A stretch of DNA of 64,000 nucleotides from Lama guanicoe (Eukaryota). The position numbers and the translations under genes were made by a program. Positions 24,239-37,400 of this stretch are shown here, piece by piece. How positions within the stretch are numbered: position 1 is the first letter of the stretch; each line of letters opens with the position of its first letter. The stretch spans positions 11,453,689 to 11,517,688 of the forward strand of contig MU055657.1 of NCBI GenBank assembly GCA_013239625.1. The letters are read 5' to 3'. Below the pieces are notes generated by a model. The model worked only from the letters and a program-made list of their open reading frames with translations, had not been told where the DNA came from and searched no databases.

Positions 24239-27149
24239 TCTGTTCCTCTTTCATTCATCAGACTTTCTGGAATTAGGACATTCCGCAACAGCAAGGAACC
24301 TCAGACTCTAGCTTTTCCTTGGGCAGTTCACACAAGCGATTCAATGAGGTCATGAAAGTAAGGCTCTCCAACATATTGGTTAGATTTTGATAACCAGAGT
24401 TTTAGCCACTAGAACTAGCAAAGGGAAGAAACTGGGAATATTTGTTTGGAATATGATTGATCACATATATAAGTGAAGATCCTGATTTTTACCTGGGTTC
24501 TTCCTTTCTGGCAGCAATGTAAAACAAGACCACTTGTTTCAAAGTGTGTTGCGTCTTTGCCTCTATGTGCCTGGGCCAGGTCATGATCCCTTCTATGGGT
24601 GATTTTAACTAATGTGCTTAAGCTGGATAAAATACGCACTGATGGTTCCCTGTCTTCAGAGTTGTTTGAGGCCACTCTGAATGGCAGACACACATACTCA
24701 TCCTAGGACTCACTTTTATTAATTCTGGGGATGTGGTGGTGTCTGAAGCAGCCCTCATTTCCTGTAAATTTGGAGATGCAAAGTTCTTTAATTTCAGCCA
24801 CAGACGTCCCCAAAATTGCCAGTCAGCTTCAGCCTTGGCCTTCAGAAGGCTGACTAGCAAGTGCATATTTCAGCCTCACTTCCAGCATTGCTAAATGTGC
24901 AGCTAATCAATTTTCATGAGAATCTTTAGTTATGATCATAACTACTCAGCCTAACAACATCTAATAATTGCTTGCTCGCATTCTTTATAGCTTTCATTAC
25001 ATCTAGATCAGAGATGTTTTCATGGATTTTGTACATAATTTTGAAGGTCTTCCTGCTTTTAAAATCTTCAGGAGATACTGTTGATCTTCTGTTTTTAATT
25101 TTCCATACAAATGTGAAAAAAGGATTTTTTTCTTAAAAGATCTAAGCCCTAAATGGAATTAAGTAAATCAAAATTGAGTGCAGTTCTTACAAGTCTGTAA
25201 AAATGTTTTTACATTTATGAATGTGAATACTCCGAATGATTCCAAAATGTTTAAAATTATATTATCTACTCCTGATTACTGTCTTGCATTATTTAAAATT
25301 TTTATAAACATATAACTGAAAGTATATACTATTCTTCTTAAAGTTACTAAGTTAGGGCATTCTTAGTATTTCAGTAACTGCCAATCTGTTTCCCTTCTCA
25401 ATTATTTAAAAGTTTGCATCCCTGTTTTTATATAAAACTAACAACTCTGTTATTCGTCTTTTATTACTGTACATTTGACTTTGATAGAATTTCAACATGT
25501 AAAGCCCATAAGGATATTATTTGGCTCCAAGATACATCTAGCATTCATACCTCTATATGACAGTGAAGTCAGACATTAACAATGACTCCCAAACCATGCT
25601 TGCTCATATCATTGATTTGTTATGGTTGAAAAGATTGATAGAAATCTGCCTTTTTCAAAGGACAAATGCCAGGATGCCAGAAACTAAAAAAACCTTCAGC
25701 TATTTGGCCTTCCAAGGGCCAAGATAAAGATCTAAGAGCATAGCTGAGCCAAACACGGTGGCCCAAGGTACCCTTTGCTGCACTTAAGAGTTCTGATGGA
25801 AATCCTAGAATTTTCTAGCATCCAGTCAGCAGATCAGTGCCACAAGACATGTGGGGTTGAAAACTGCAGCTTTGATGCTGGTTAGGTATTTTCTTCCAAA
25901 GGTTCCTCCTGGTATTCCAGTTCTCATTCAACCCTGGTTTTAGACTCTGACGAATATGTAAAATACTATTCAGATGGAAGGAAATCCCCCTTAATAGCTA
26001 CTTTCTGCATTTTCTACATTTGTTAGCATGCTGACCCCCGCCTTTTAATATAAAATGTGCATATTAAAGCTGTAAACAAAGGAAAACCCTTCCCTGATTG
26101 TCTCAGGTTTCCAACTGTCAGTGTCTTATAAAGTCACTGTCCTGAAAATTTGTCTCCTCTTTTAGGAACTCAGCTGGTCTCAGAAAAATAATCAGGTAGG
26201 AAAAGTTATTCCTATGTCCACTTGTGCCCACCACACACTCCCTCCCTCCTCCAGACAAGTGCCATTGCAGACATCTGGGGCTCCACCGTTTCACCAAATC
26301 TCTTCCAGCCTCTTCACCACAACTTGTTTTATCCTTGTTCATTTTCCCAAAGTCCTGACCCACCTTCAGGTAACATGGAAGAGAAAAAAGGACAGGGAGG
26401 TATGTTCTGAATAAGTTACTTCACTTTTTGGACATATTTTTGTATTTCATTTAGGTATTTTAGAGAAAAGACTTATCCCAAATAAGTTATTACAGCAGTG
26501 GTTATTTTAGGCATCCCAGCCGTATGTTACTGAGAGTAATGGTTGATGATGGGAAGAGACTTTTTGAACAAGAGAGATTTTTCTGCATCTCACAAATTAC
26601 ACTACAGATCGCAATATTAGCCTCTCAGTTGTAGAAGGTCAGGTATGACCTCGTCAACGTCCCCCAGCCTTGCTGGGGCCCCTTCCCCACGCTCTCGTAC
26701 CATCCTGCACACGTCCCAGTCAGCGCACATGCTATATAGATCCCATATTTCTATTTGTACGTTGGTCTCCCCAGCTCACAGCTACTTCGCCGTGAGTAAC
26801 AACCAGTAGATGATGGAGATGGGATTTGGACCTGGGCCTCTGTGATATCAGAGACTATGACCCTTTGATTTGTATGCTGTGGCTTCTTATCTGGAAATGG
26901 AGGCAAAAAGTGTGTCAAACTGTTTATCAGGAATTACGACTCCTGAAATAACAAATCCTATTACTTTGCATTTAAGTGTCCTTCTTTAGGTGAATTGTTC
27001 CTGTCATTTGTTTGGTTTGTTTAGGTCCGATTTCTTAAACAAAATGTCTTTAAACAATAACTATGAATGTGCTTCTCACAGTGTATATACGCTGAAGTTT
27101 GGAAAGTCATAAAGATTAAGGGGAAATATATATCATATAAAAATAGCAT

Positions 27150-27520
27150 CCTGAGCAAATGTTTGAGTAAGATGTTCCTCCTACGTATCTTCCCTCAACA
27201 ATGGTAACTGGGCATCCCTCCACAGACAAAGAGCCTTTGTGGGAGCTTTGGGATCTAGGTAAAAGATTGTGAAACCCCGGTGCCATCCAAGACTGAGGAG
27301 GGCTATTTTGAGAAGAGAGGCTCGAAATCCGGTGGTTGACTTGCTAACTGTGGTCTTGGCTGCAGAAATGGAAAGAGCTCTGTACCCCTGCGGACTTGGC
27401 TACAGCCTGTTTGGCTTTGTGTCTGTCACGAGCACTATAAAGGACCCAGGAGAAGCCCCACCCACCTTGGTCCGGTTGTAGACCCTGACGTGGCCCATGA
27501 ACTGGTGCCAGCCCCTCTCA
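27150..27520 (+). mobile_element. L1 5'UTR fragment (L1M2/L1MA-like)
   Basis: 'ccacagacaaagagcctttgtgggagctttgggatctaggt...gaaaccccggtg...ccaagactgaggagggctattttgagaag' resembles old L1MA 5' ends as I recall them. Confidence 0.65.
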
Positions 27521-27528
27521 GTCATTAT

Positions 27529-27795
27529 TGTTTGTTCACAAAATTGGCCCCCATACATGGAAGGCAAAGAGAGACAGAAGAAGTGGACCACTCCAGGTCA
27601 GTAGGTAGCACATTTCATAAGCAAGGGAACTTGCATATGGAGCTTGCATAGGCAGCCACAAAAGGAGTAGATCTTCATACCAACCCACAGAATGTACATT
27701 CCAAGAACAGGGGAGAGGGCGAAGAGCCTTGGATTACCCTGGTCCAGCTCATGGGTCAACCAGCAGTCACCTCCTCCTGATGATCTCCTCCAACA
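27529..27795 (-). mobile_element. Short solo LTR (267 bp) with 5-bp TSD, ERVL-class by TSD length
   Basis: TGTT...AACA termini; ATTAT duplicated at 27524-27528 and 27796-27800. Strand is tentative. Confidence 0.8.
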
Positions 27796-28620
27796 ATTAT
27801 CAAAAATACAAGAGATAACAAGTGTTGTCAAGTATGTGGAGAAAAGGGAACCCTAGTGCACAGTTGGAAGTATAGTTATTATGGAAAACAGTACAGAGGA
27901 TCCTTAAAAAACTAAACATAGAACTACCATATGATCCAGCAATCTCATTTCTGGGTATATATCTGAAGGAAATGAAGTCAGCATCTCGAAAAGATATCTG
28001 CCCCACCATGTTCATTGCAGTAGTGTTCACAATGACCAAGATATAGAAACAAACCAAGTGTCCATCAACAGATGGATGGATAAAGAAAATATTTGTATAT
28101 ATAAAATAATTCAGCTGTGAAAAAGAAGGAAATCCTGCCATTTGCAACAACATGGTTGGACCTTGAAGGCATTATGCTAAATGAAACAAGTCAGATAAAG
28201 ACAAGTACTGTATGACTTCANNNNNNNNNNNNNNNNNNNNNNNNNNNNNNNNNNNNNNNNNNNNNNNNNNNNNNNNNNNNNNNNNNNNNNNNNNNNNNNN
28301 NNNNNNNNNNNNNNNNNNNNNNNNNNNNNNNNNNNNNNNNNNNNNNNNNNNNNNNNNNNNNNNCATAAGTTCTGGGAATCTACTGTTCAGCATGTTGACT
28401 ATAGCTAACAATACTGTATTACACACTTGAAAGTTATTAAGGGAATAGATGTTACCATATACAGAAGAAAATATTGTAATGCTATGAGGTGATGGATGTG
28501 TTAACTAACCTTACTGTGATACCATGTTGCAATATACACGTGTATCAAATCTTCACATTGTACACCTTAAATGCACATGATGTTTTATGTCAATATGTCT
28601 CAATAAAGCTGAAAAAAATC
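27796..28620 (+). mobile_element. L1MA-type ORF2 C-terminus plus 3'UTR (with N gap)
   Basis: 'agataacaagtgttg...gagaaaagggaaccc', 'gaactaccatatgatccagcaatc', 'cctgccatttgcaacaacatgg', 'caataaagctgaaaaaaa'. Confidence 0.92.
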
Positions 28621-28689
28621 AGTTAAAAAATGTCCCCATACAGTCTTTGCGTGCAGTAGAAGCTTAATGAACGTGGAAAGGTTTCTAGG

Positions 28690-28810
28690 TGAGAGGTAGC
28701 AGGTTGTACCCAAAAGAGCACTGAACTCCACCAGTAACTTAGATGAATCTCTTTCCTTCTATGAGTCTCAGCTCCTCTTCTCTAAAATGAGGGGATTGGT
28801 CTTATTATTT
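28690..28810 (+). mobile_element. MIR fragment
   Basis: 'tatgagtctcagctcctcttctctaaaatgagggga'. Confidence 0.55.
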
Positions 28811-31800
28811 GTAAACCCTAGTGTTGAATAATTTGCTGCTGGCCCTTTAATTCCAAATCAAGCAAACTTGTTTGTTTTTCCTGAGAAAGGAATATATTTC
28901 TTTGGAATAGTCCAGTCCCAGAACCACAGGGAAAAGAGGAATATTCTACTTACTCACATCAGTTTATATACAAAGAGAAGAGCCTCAGAAAACACTAAAA
29001 CTTAATAAAATATTTTAAGTGCCTAAGTGAAAATAATATGTATATGTAAAAACCCTGAGAGCAAAGAATAAATTTTCTTTGATATTTGGCAGCCAAAAGG
29101 GGTGACAGATTATACATTTGCTTGTTTGGAATTCCATTTATATTCAGTTCAGTGCTGTAAGGTTTAGAACATCATGAAAATGTTGCAGCTCTTAGGGAAG
29201 AAAAAAGAGAGTAGAGATAATAAAGTTAATCCTCGGATTAAATGAAAAAAAATTAAAGGAAGATTAAACAAATCTCAGAATACAATGAAAACATACCTTC
29301 TAAGGAAAAAAGGGAATGTATCATGCAGGTAAATGCAAGCTTAATAAAAAGAAAGATAAACTTATAGATTTGCCATGTTGCTGAAGCACACACCAAAGCT
29401 TCACTGTATAGATTTAAATACATAATTGCTTCAGAGTCCTACTAACTAAATTCAAACCTATAATTGTTTGAGTCCCTATTGTAAGCAAAGTTTTGCAAAC
29501 TCTCAAATACATTCAGGAAAAAAATAACTACAATCAGCTGTAGCTAGAAGAACAATCAGAAGACATTCAATAGCATTTCTCAAGCTATAAGAAAATACTC
29601 AACTATAGTTTATTCTAATTTAGACCAGCATCCAATTAAACTCAAATCTTGCACACACCTTCATTTGAGTATTAAAATCTATTTTTATTAAAAACTTTAA
29701 AAAGCATTGAGTTTCCTTGAGTATTCCCAGCTGGATGCATTATCTGTACTGAATTTATAATTCAAAGTAGCAGTGCCAGGTGGTCCCATAGGCTTAATGA
29801 GGATTTGATGATAAGTGCAGGGGAAAAATGCAATGGAAATACCTTAAGGATACCTATCTTTCTAACTCATCTCAATATGCTACCTTTTAGCTTAAACTTC
29901 ATCTTTTTCTCTAACAAGAGATGCAGCTGAAATAGCAGACAGAGCATATTAACAGCAACTGGACAGAGCTGTGTTGGAATTTTATTTTGGGCCCACTTTC
30001 CCAGACCATATCCTGTGTAACTGGAGAAGTTACAGAGTTTGTACCCAGAGAAAACTCTGGAATAAACAGGCAGGCTACTTCTAAATGGATCCAGATGAGT
30101 TGCTATGCCATGGAGCAGTGTTTCATAGATGATTTTAAAGGAAGAGAGGCTATAAAAGGAAAGAGGAAGGAATTCTTGTGCGGCTGATACTTGGGGAAGG
30201 AGAGCTATGGTAATCAAATACGACATATATCTAATAAATTACTGTCTTGCCAAAGTGACTAGTTACCCTAAGTGGTAATCCTCTCTGAGTCTAGGTATGC
30301 AAATTTGAAGGGGGAGGGATGGGGGTGAAAAGTACTTTGAAAAAAGGAGGAATATAATTTTGAATTCTGTGACTGACTTGGGGAAAAGAGAGGCAGAAAC
30401 ATAGAGGACTGTATGAGTGAAAGCGCTGAAAATGAACAGCAATCATGAGACAAGCTCTAGACTCTCAAAGCCATGATTTTAGCGAGGATCTTAGGAAACA
30501 ATATTTAGATATCAGGAGTATGAGAGGCTTTATTTCATATCTGAGTTACATATAAAAATGAGCAAGGGAGCATATAGGGGCCTAAATATGGAGACTGAAA
30601 TTACAGATGCTGAACAAACAGGTCAATTACAGTTCATTGCAGGAAGCGGTCTCTGGTGTAAAGAAAACTCTTAAGTCGTTCAGCCTGTTTCTCTGATTGC
30701 AACCTGAGCACATTCAAACCATCACAAGCCAAGCTTTCATCACGCTCTTCCTCCTATAAGAAGAATCCCCTGCTTCCCCAGAGACATCTCCCAGTTTCCA
30801 CAGTTCAGGACAGTATTTATGGAGGATCTGCGTAACTAAGCGACTCCCTAGTGCTTACAGATCTACCCGCCATTTGAAATCAAGAGAACTTGTCAGATTT
30901 CATGAATTAATCCACTTTCCTAAGAAATAATTCAATAACTTTGCAATAAGATTAATAATAGGTGTTGCTGAAACTACAGCTAGTATGTTTCCCAGAAAGA
31001 ATTAGCAATTGGATCAAGACTATTGAGTAATTTTTCTCTTTAACTTAAGTATGGTTTCAAATTTAGTTTCTCTTGGAGTGAAGAAATATTTTATGGAAAT
31101 GTACTGGCTGAAAAGTAACTTGGCAGAGGAGTTTGCAGTTAATTGGGATAGAATCACTGTCAATGAAAATGGGTCTGCCACACCTTACGAGACCAAAACT
31201 GCTGAGAGGGGACACGAGAAATTCAGCACAGCATTAAAATGTAGTGACACTCAGGGTTGCAAGTGGCCTTAGCAAAGGAGGAGACAAGGCCAGAATGAGT
31301 GACTGAGATGTATCTCAAACAACAGAGTTTCATTTAGGCATGACAGTTAGTTCATTCTTTTTTTATCTTTAATTTATACTTTCTCTGGTGGAGTGACTAA
31401 AATGAAGGCAGGGTTTAAACTACTCAATCATGGTAGATTTTGTTAATGCTGAAGCTGTTATCCTAGCTGCACATATTAGGTTGACTGATCTATTTCTAAA
31501 CAACTCTCTCCTGGAAAAGCCCTGTTTGGAAGCTGATCATTATGTTTGCTTCTGCAAAATGGATTTTGTTTTTCTTTTTTTGCTTATTTTGGTTGGACTA
31601 GATTTTGGTTTTGTTTACATCTACCTTTGCCTTACTTTATAATCTTTGGGTTTTCTCTTATGTTAACAGCTTCATGTCTTTAAAGTACAGTCTAATTTGT
31701 GAGAAATTCTATGAAGCAACTACAAAAAGTCAAGAAGAGAAAATTAAATACCAAATTGTCTTTTTTTTTTTTCCCATAGGAGAATGGGTTTACTTAGATA

Positions 31801-32007
31801 CAAATAAACACCCTCTAAGACTGACCCAGGTGGAGATTAACTGCTTTGTCCAGAGGTATAGCACTGTCAAGGAAAGACTCAAACTCAAGATTTTTAATCT
31901 TGCCTTAGTTTAGCAGATTATTTATAATCAACAAACATTTTCTGAATTATAAAATACTAGGCATTAGAATACAAAGAAGATACATCTGTCTACAAAAATT
32001 AACTAGT

Positions 32008-32454
32008 AGTCAATCTAGGAAAGAAATATAGAATTTTACTGGAGCCAACCTGAGGATTGTAACCTGAGAGTCAGTTTTTCAGAAAGCCCCGAGGGCTTAT
32101 CCAAAGGGGGTAGGGGGAAGCCAGCATACATGTGATTTTGGTGAAGGGATGCATGCAATCAAGCACACAGCTTGGGAGAAGGTCACTGTTATTCACAAGG
32201 AACAGATAGTTTAGTTAATAGTTTTAGTGCGTTTCTAAGTATGGGGAGATGCAAGAATCCAGGTTCATAAAAACTTCTCTCCTGAAAATATCTAAATCTC
32301 TCAGGGCCAGTTCTGCCAGTTTTCCCAGAGCGCAAAGTGCCTCGTCCTGATCTTTGTCCTAAATTCCTTTCAGGGTGGACTGTGGGTCAGTGACTGAAGT
32401 GGATAATGACCTGATTCTTAAGAACTGAATGATGGGCAACATTCTCTATTTTTA
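32008..32454 (-). mobile_element. ERV1-class 3' LTR
   Basis: Resembles laurasiatherian ERV1 LTRs ('gagccaacctgaggattgtaacc', 'tttctaagtatggggagatgcaagaatc', 'ttttcccagagc'). Directly abutted by a polypurine tract (minus-strand AAAAGGGAGGGGA, 32456-32468). Confidence 0.8.
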
Positions 32455-33250
32455 ATCCCCTCCCTTTTGGTTTTAATTTCAGCTAAGGTTTGGGAGGCAT
32501 TTCGTGACCAATTTATCCCATGGTGCTAGGAATGCTAATTCCCAGTGTCAGGCAAAGATTTCACTGAGGCCACTCAATGTGCTATTGCTGGACTAGGCCC
32601 TGTTAACAGTTACCAAAAGTCTCAGAACTGCCTGTTTTACTAATCTGTTATGGTCCAGGACATGGTTCTCTCTTGAGTCTTCCTGTATCTAAACTATTAC
32701 AATCACTGATCTTAGAGAACTATATTTGGTCAATCATTTCAAGTCACCTAATCATCAGTGTTCTTATTGGAGTTTCAGTCACACATTTGGTAATCTGTGA
32801 AATAATAATCTTGTAAAGTAGGCAGAATACAAGTAATATGGCTAGTAACATTAATGGGGTCATAAGTAAATATTTAAGCTAAGAACTTCCATTAGGTGCA
32901 GCCCAGGATGTTCCATACCATTCGTTATCTTTCAGGGAAATGATACACTGGCATTGTACATAAAGTTCACCAAAAATGTCCGCAAGTACAACCACAAGTG
33001 GTGGGTCATCATGACCCCTTCCAGGATTGTGAAAGGAATGTTATCTTCTAAGGAGTTACGTGGCTAGTGCCAGAAGAAGAAAAGATAACTTTTATGGTTG
33101 AGAAGGCATTTCCACCACTAAGGATGTCTGGGTAACACATAAGGCAGATGCACAGTACACACTGGAGGGGAGGAAAGAGGTCCAGATGGGCAGAGAAAAT
33201 TTTTTGTTTTAAATTTTTCTTGTCTTGCTTTAAAATATGAATTTTATTTC
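32455..33250 (-). mobile_element. ERV1 internal 3' region with degenerate env remnant
   Basis: Minus frame reads LYVQCQCIISLKDNEWYGTSWAAPNGSS*LKYLLMTPLMLLAILLVFCLLYKIIISQITKCVTETPIR, i.e. an SU-type WxAPNG motif plus a hydrophobic TM anchor, upstream of the PPT and LTR. Confidence 0.75.
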
Positions 33251-33789
33251 ATTATGTTCCTTACCTTAAAAGTATATCCTCTAGTTAAGGAGTCAGAACA
33301 TCAAGGAAAATAATAGACGCATAGTACAAGATATTATGAAAAGGCTAAATTCAGTGTCAGGAGGAAGACGTTAAGTACTGTCCCTTTACCTTCCTATCTC
33401 TGGTCACCTTTGTGAAATAAAGATGTTAATATTTTCCCTGCCTTCCTGCATGGGTGTATTAAGGATGAGATCAAAAGAACGTGAAATACTCAGGCCAATT
33501 AGATTGGAATTATGTAATTGAAAAATTGATAATGAAGAATCAACATTTTACTAATAATCCTATTTTAAGTGTGACAAGTGTCAAAATTCCATATTGAACT
33601 TCTTTATTCTAGAAAAATTGAAATTCTGAAAATCATCCTAAGGGTTAGTAAGGAAGATTTATCTCTTTCTGCTTTTCCCTCAGTGATGTCAACATGACAC
33701 ATTTCCTAAGAGTACAGATCGCTCTTTAATACATTTAACACCGATCTCTGAAGAAGTTCTTACGTCACTGAGTTTGTTCACACAATGTT

Positions 33790-34266
33790 GGAAAATGCAC
33801 CTCTTTCCTTAAAGAAAGCTGACCCAACTTTAGACCCAGAAGTAGATTTAGATCTTATTAGTCAAACGGGAATGTCATTTCCTTTGTTAGTGATTGGTTC
33901 AATAACCGGCTTTTGACTCAACAAAGAAAATGGAAAAGGTGTTTTCTAGGGAACTTCTGGGAAAAGCATCCTGTTTAAAGAGGTCGAATAGCTTCCCTGT
34001 TCTACTGATTTTTTTTCATGTCCAGAAACAACTATGGCCATGTTACTGTCTATGTATGAAGCCAACGCTAAGAATTGCAGATCACAGATGGAAAGAAAAT
34101 GAATCTATAACATCATTGAGCTGTGGACTCAACCACACCTTAAAGGCAGTAACCAGTGTCCTGCCACTGATCTTCCTGTTAGATGAGAAAGTAAATTTCC
34201 TTAGAGTTTAAGCCAGTTTGAGTCAAATTACTGTTAATTTTAGATGAAAGCTCTCTGATCTAAATA
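33790..34266 (+). mobile_element. Old MaLR LTR (MLT1J/K-like)
   Basis: 'gtgattggttc', 'ggaacttctgggaaaag', 'gaagccaacgctaaga', 'gtttaagccagtttgagtc'. Confidence 0.7.
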
Positions 34267-34271
34267 TGTAT

Positions 34272-34458
34272 CATTATAACATTTATTTAGATCTTATCAT
34301 GAACAAGACCCACACTAAGCACTTCATACACTGTCTCATTTTATACACAAAACACTGTCATTTTAGAGATGAGGAAATCAAGTTCCCTCAAATTAAGTGA
34401 CTTGTCCAAGATCACACAGAGCCAGGTTTAAAACTCAGGCAGTCTGCCTCCAGGACCA
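34272..34458 (-). mobile_element. MIR SINE relic
   Basis: 'cattttagagatgaggaaatcaag...ttaagtgacttgtccaagatcacacag...actcaggcagtctgcctcca'. Confidence 0.8.
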
Positions 34459-37400
34459 CCCCCCCCCCTTATTTTTTAAACAAAACATTGTCTTCTAGAG
34501 TACTTAACAATCCCTTAATAGAACTTAAGAAAAGGTCACTTTTCTTTAACAATGCCTTGATAAATTAATCATATAATAGGTAGATTATTATACTGTTTTC
34601 CAATTTTCTATCCATTTCATAATTATGACTAGCCAACAATTATTTTAAGACCCTACTTCTCTCAGACTCTCATGAGCCTCCCCCAAAGAACGAATTTTGA
34701 AGAGAAGCTGGTGGAATGTGTGATTTTTAATGAATAAGCTGTAGTCAATATGAATTCACAATTTAAAAAATGGAAGTACAAGCAGTGTTACAATGGTACA
34801 GAACATCTGGAGCCCCTATCCAAAAAGCAAGACTCTTATACCTGTTTTGTTGTAAAGAACATAGAAACAGTCAAATAACATATGATTTTTTTCCTCTGGA
34901 ACAGTCTGCTGCTCTAACTCAACTGGGATGATGATCATGTATTTGGGTAAGATCAGGATCTGATCCCCAGGCTTGAATGGGAACTGCAGAGACAGTGAAT
35001 ACCCAGAGGCAGAGGCACCACTGACCAAAAACCACTGAGGAAAAATGAGGTCCAAAGGCTCAAGAGATAGAAGACAAACGTCAAACCCTGTCAAAAGGCA
35101 GGAAATCAACACAAAGGACAAAAAGCCTTTGATCTTGAAGTCAAAATTCAAGCTCACCAGAACCAGTCCAACAGGACATGGGTTTTCAGGAGAACTGTTT
35201 CCACTGCTTCTAGGTATCCACGCACCCTTGAAGGGGCCAGGAGGTATATATGATGGCTGGGAATATGACAATGGCTTCAAAGCCTGAGGCTGGGTGGATC
35301 TCCAAGGATCTCAAAATAAAAGCCAATTCTTAAACACTTAAATATGAATAACCTCAGTGGCCTGAAGCAAAGTATTTCTTGCCGTGGTGAAAATCTCAAA
35401 GCAGAATCTTTCCCTTGGTGCAGCAAATTATCTCTAGTAAGAAACAGCACAAGAAGACACAGGTGTTATGGTCATTATAAAGGTCAATAATTCTCAAGTA
35501 CACTTGAGGATGTTTTAATAATGCTCAAATGATGAGAAAGAGTAGAGATCAAGTGTCCTTTATACAATCCTACCACCAAAAGACATCAAGATTAACTGAA
35601 CTTCAAATCTGGACTGTAGGACAGCCAGCTGGAAAATAAAATTGCAAAACTACTAGATGGCAAGTAAGTCCGTCTACAAAGATGAAATGAACTGTAGCCC
35701 TCTGGAGACTATGTCATGTACTATAGGACATGCCAGTCCATGCATGCGAATGACTGTCAATATTCAAACTGGAAATAATTTCAGTGATGGGAATAAACAT
35801 TAAATATTTACCAGCTCGTGCACCGCTGGATCAATGGGCTCATCTTCCTCCCTTGAGTACACACAGTAATAAATGAATAGATTTGGGCTTCCACCAGCAA
35901 GAATGGTTTTCCTGAAAATTGGAAATCAATGATACCTCTATGGCTACATCAAATGGTTGAGCAATAAATGAAGGCTGCTCTCAATTTTTAAGCATTATAA
36001 TAACCAAAAAGAAAGGTAAGGGAGAATTCTTCATATGCTTGATTTTTTTTTACTTTTGAATTTATAAAATGAATTCTTACAGAAGTCCCAGGCTATGTGT
36101 ACTTTTTAAAGGAACATATTGTCACAAACTAACAATGTCTCCTAATACTAAATCCAGTTCCTGTCAATCTGTCCCTAAAAATATTTTAGGTTCATATTTT
36201 CAGTTCCTGTCTATGCTAAGAAAAAGTATAATGATTAACTTCTTAAGAAGGAATGGGAGATGGAGTTGCAATAGTGTCCTAGGAATGTGTTAAAGAAAGA
36301 AAAATGTGTATGCTTTTCTTTAATTGCAATTGTATTCTGTTAAATCTCATACCTTGTAAGATCTGCTGAACCAAAAAAGTTCCCCAGTCATGACTTAATC
36401 ATGGAAAATTCTGGTGTTAATGTTGTCATTAATAATAATGATAATGAATAATGATACTAGACTCTAATAAGAGTAGATAACTAGCCTTGGAAGCTTATTT
36501 AAGGAAATAGTTGCTAGTAAGATTGCAACTAAAATATTAGGTGGGTCCATTTATTCATCCCTTCAATAGCCTCAGTGAGGTCTTCCAGTAGCATGATAAT
36601 AACACTTTCATTAAGTGGCTTGTAAGACATGACTGATAGAATCCCAGGGCACATCAGCCGGAAGCTTCATCCCTGACTTGTGCATTCATACTAACCTGAA
36701 TCAAAGAGTTGGCCCCAGTCAACTTCAAGGATGAGACAACAATGATAGGAGATACTAAAGGGACAAGTTTGTGAAACCAGAAAATATGTCTCCTCTTTGA
36801 GGAGAGAACTAGAACTAATTATAAGGGAAATATAAGTTATTTCAAGCCAGGAGCCCTGTAACATAAAAAGTCATTTTAGGAAGCTAAAAATACCTTGTTT
36901 CTTCAGCTGCTGTTTTGAAAATTGCTTTTCTCTGTACGATAATATTCACTAGGACTCAGAATATTTGAAAGGAACAAAAAGATTTGTTAGCTTTTGTCTT
37001 TGTCGTAAGTTTATTCTTTATTGTTTTACATATTCTGTCTCTGTATTTCCTCATGTGCAATATAAAAAAAAAGCCCCCTAAAAGTTAGATTGCTTTTCTG
37101 TGCAAATTCCAAGGCCTATAAAAGCATTGCTTATAAAATGATATGAAGGCAGACACGTCAATAGTAAGACTAGTTCAAAAATGCCCCGGTTATTAATCAC
37201 TTAGGTTGTAAATAGACTAGTATGTAAATAGACTCTATGCAGATTTGGTAAACCCTCTGGAGAAAAGGCTCCATCATTGTGTGTTTCCTGCAGCTTCTGT
37301 ATCAAGCCATACTAAAAAGCAGATGCCAATAATGCCACCTCTTAGTAATATGATAATTTCATTCAATAAGCATTCAGCATTCGTTTATTCAGCCTCTACT

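Noticed and set aside
26166-26399. Cluster of 30-nt micro-exon candidates (26166-26195, 26370-26399)
   Set aside because: Plausible splice signals but unrecognised peptides and mutually conflicting boundaries; expected by chance.
27800-28153. 117-aa minus-strand ORF
   Set aside because: Antisense reading of an L1 3' end, a well-known spurious-ORF source.
34816-35280. Longest ORF (154 aa, - strand)
   Set aside because: No recognisable domain. Its L/S/F-rich composition is typical of the reverse strand of a purine-rich non-coding block.
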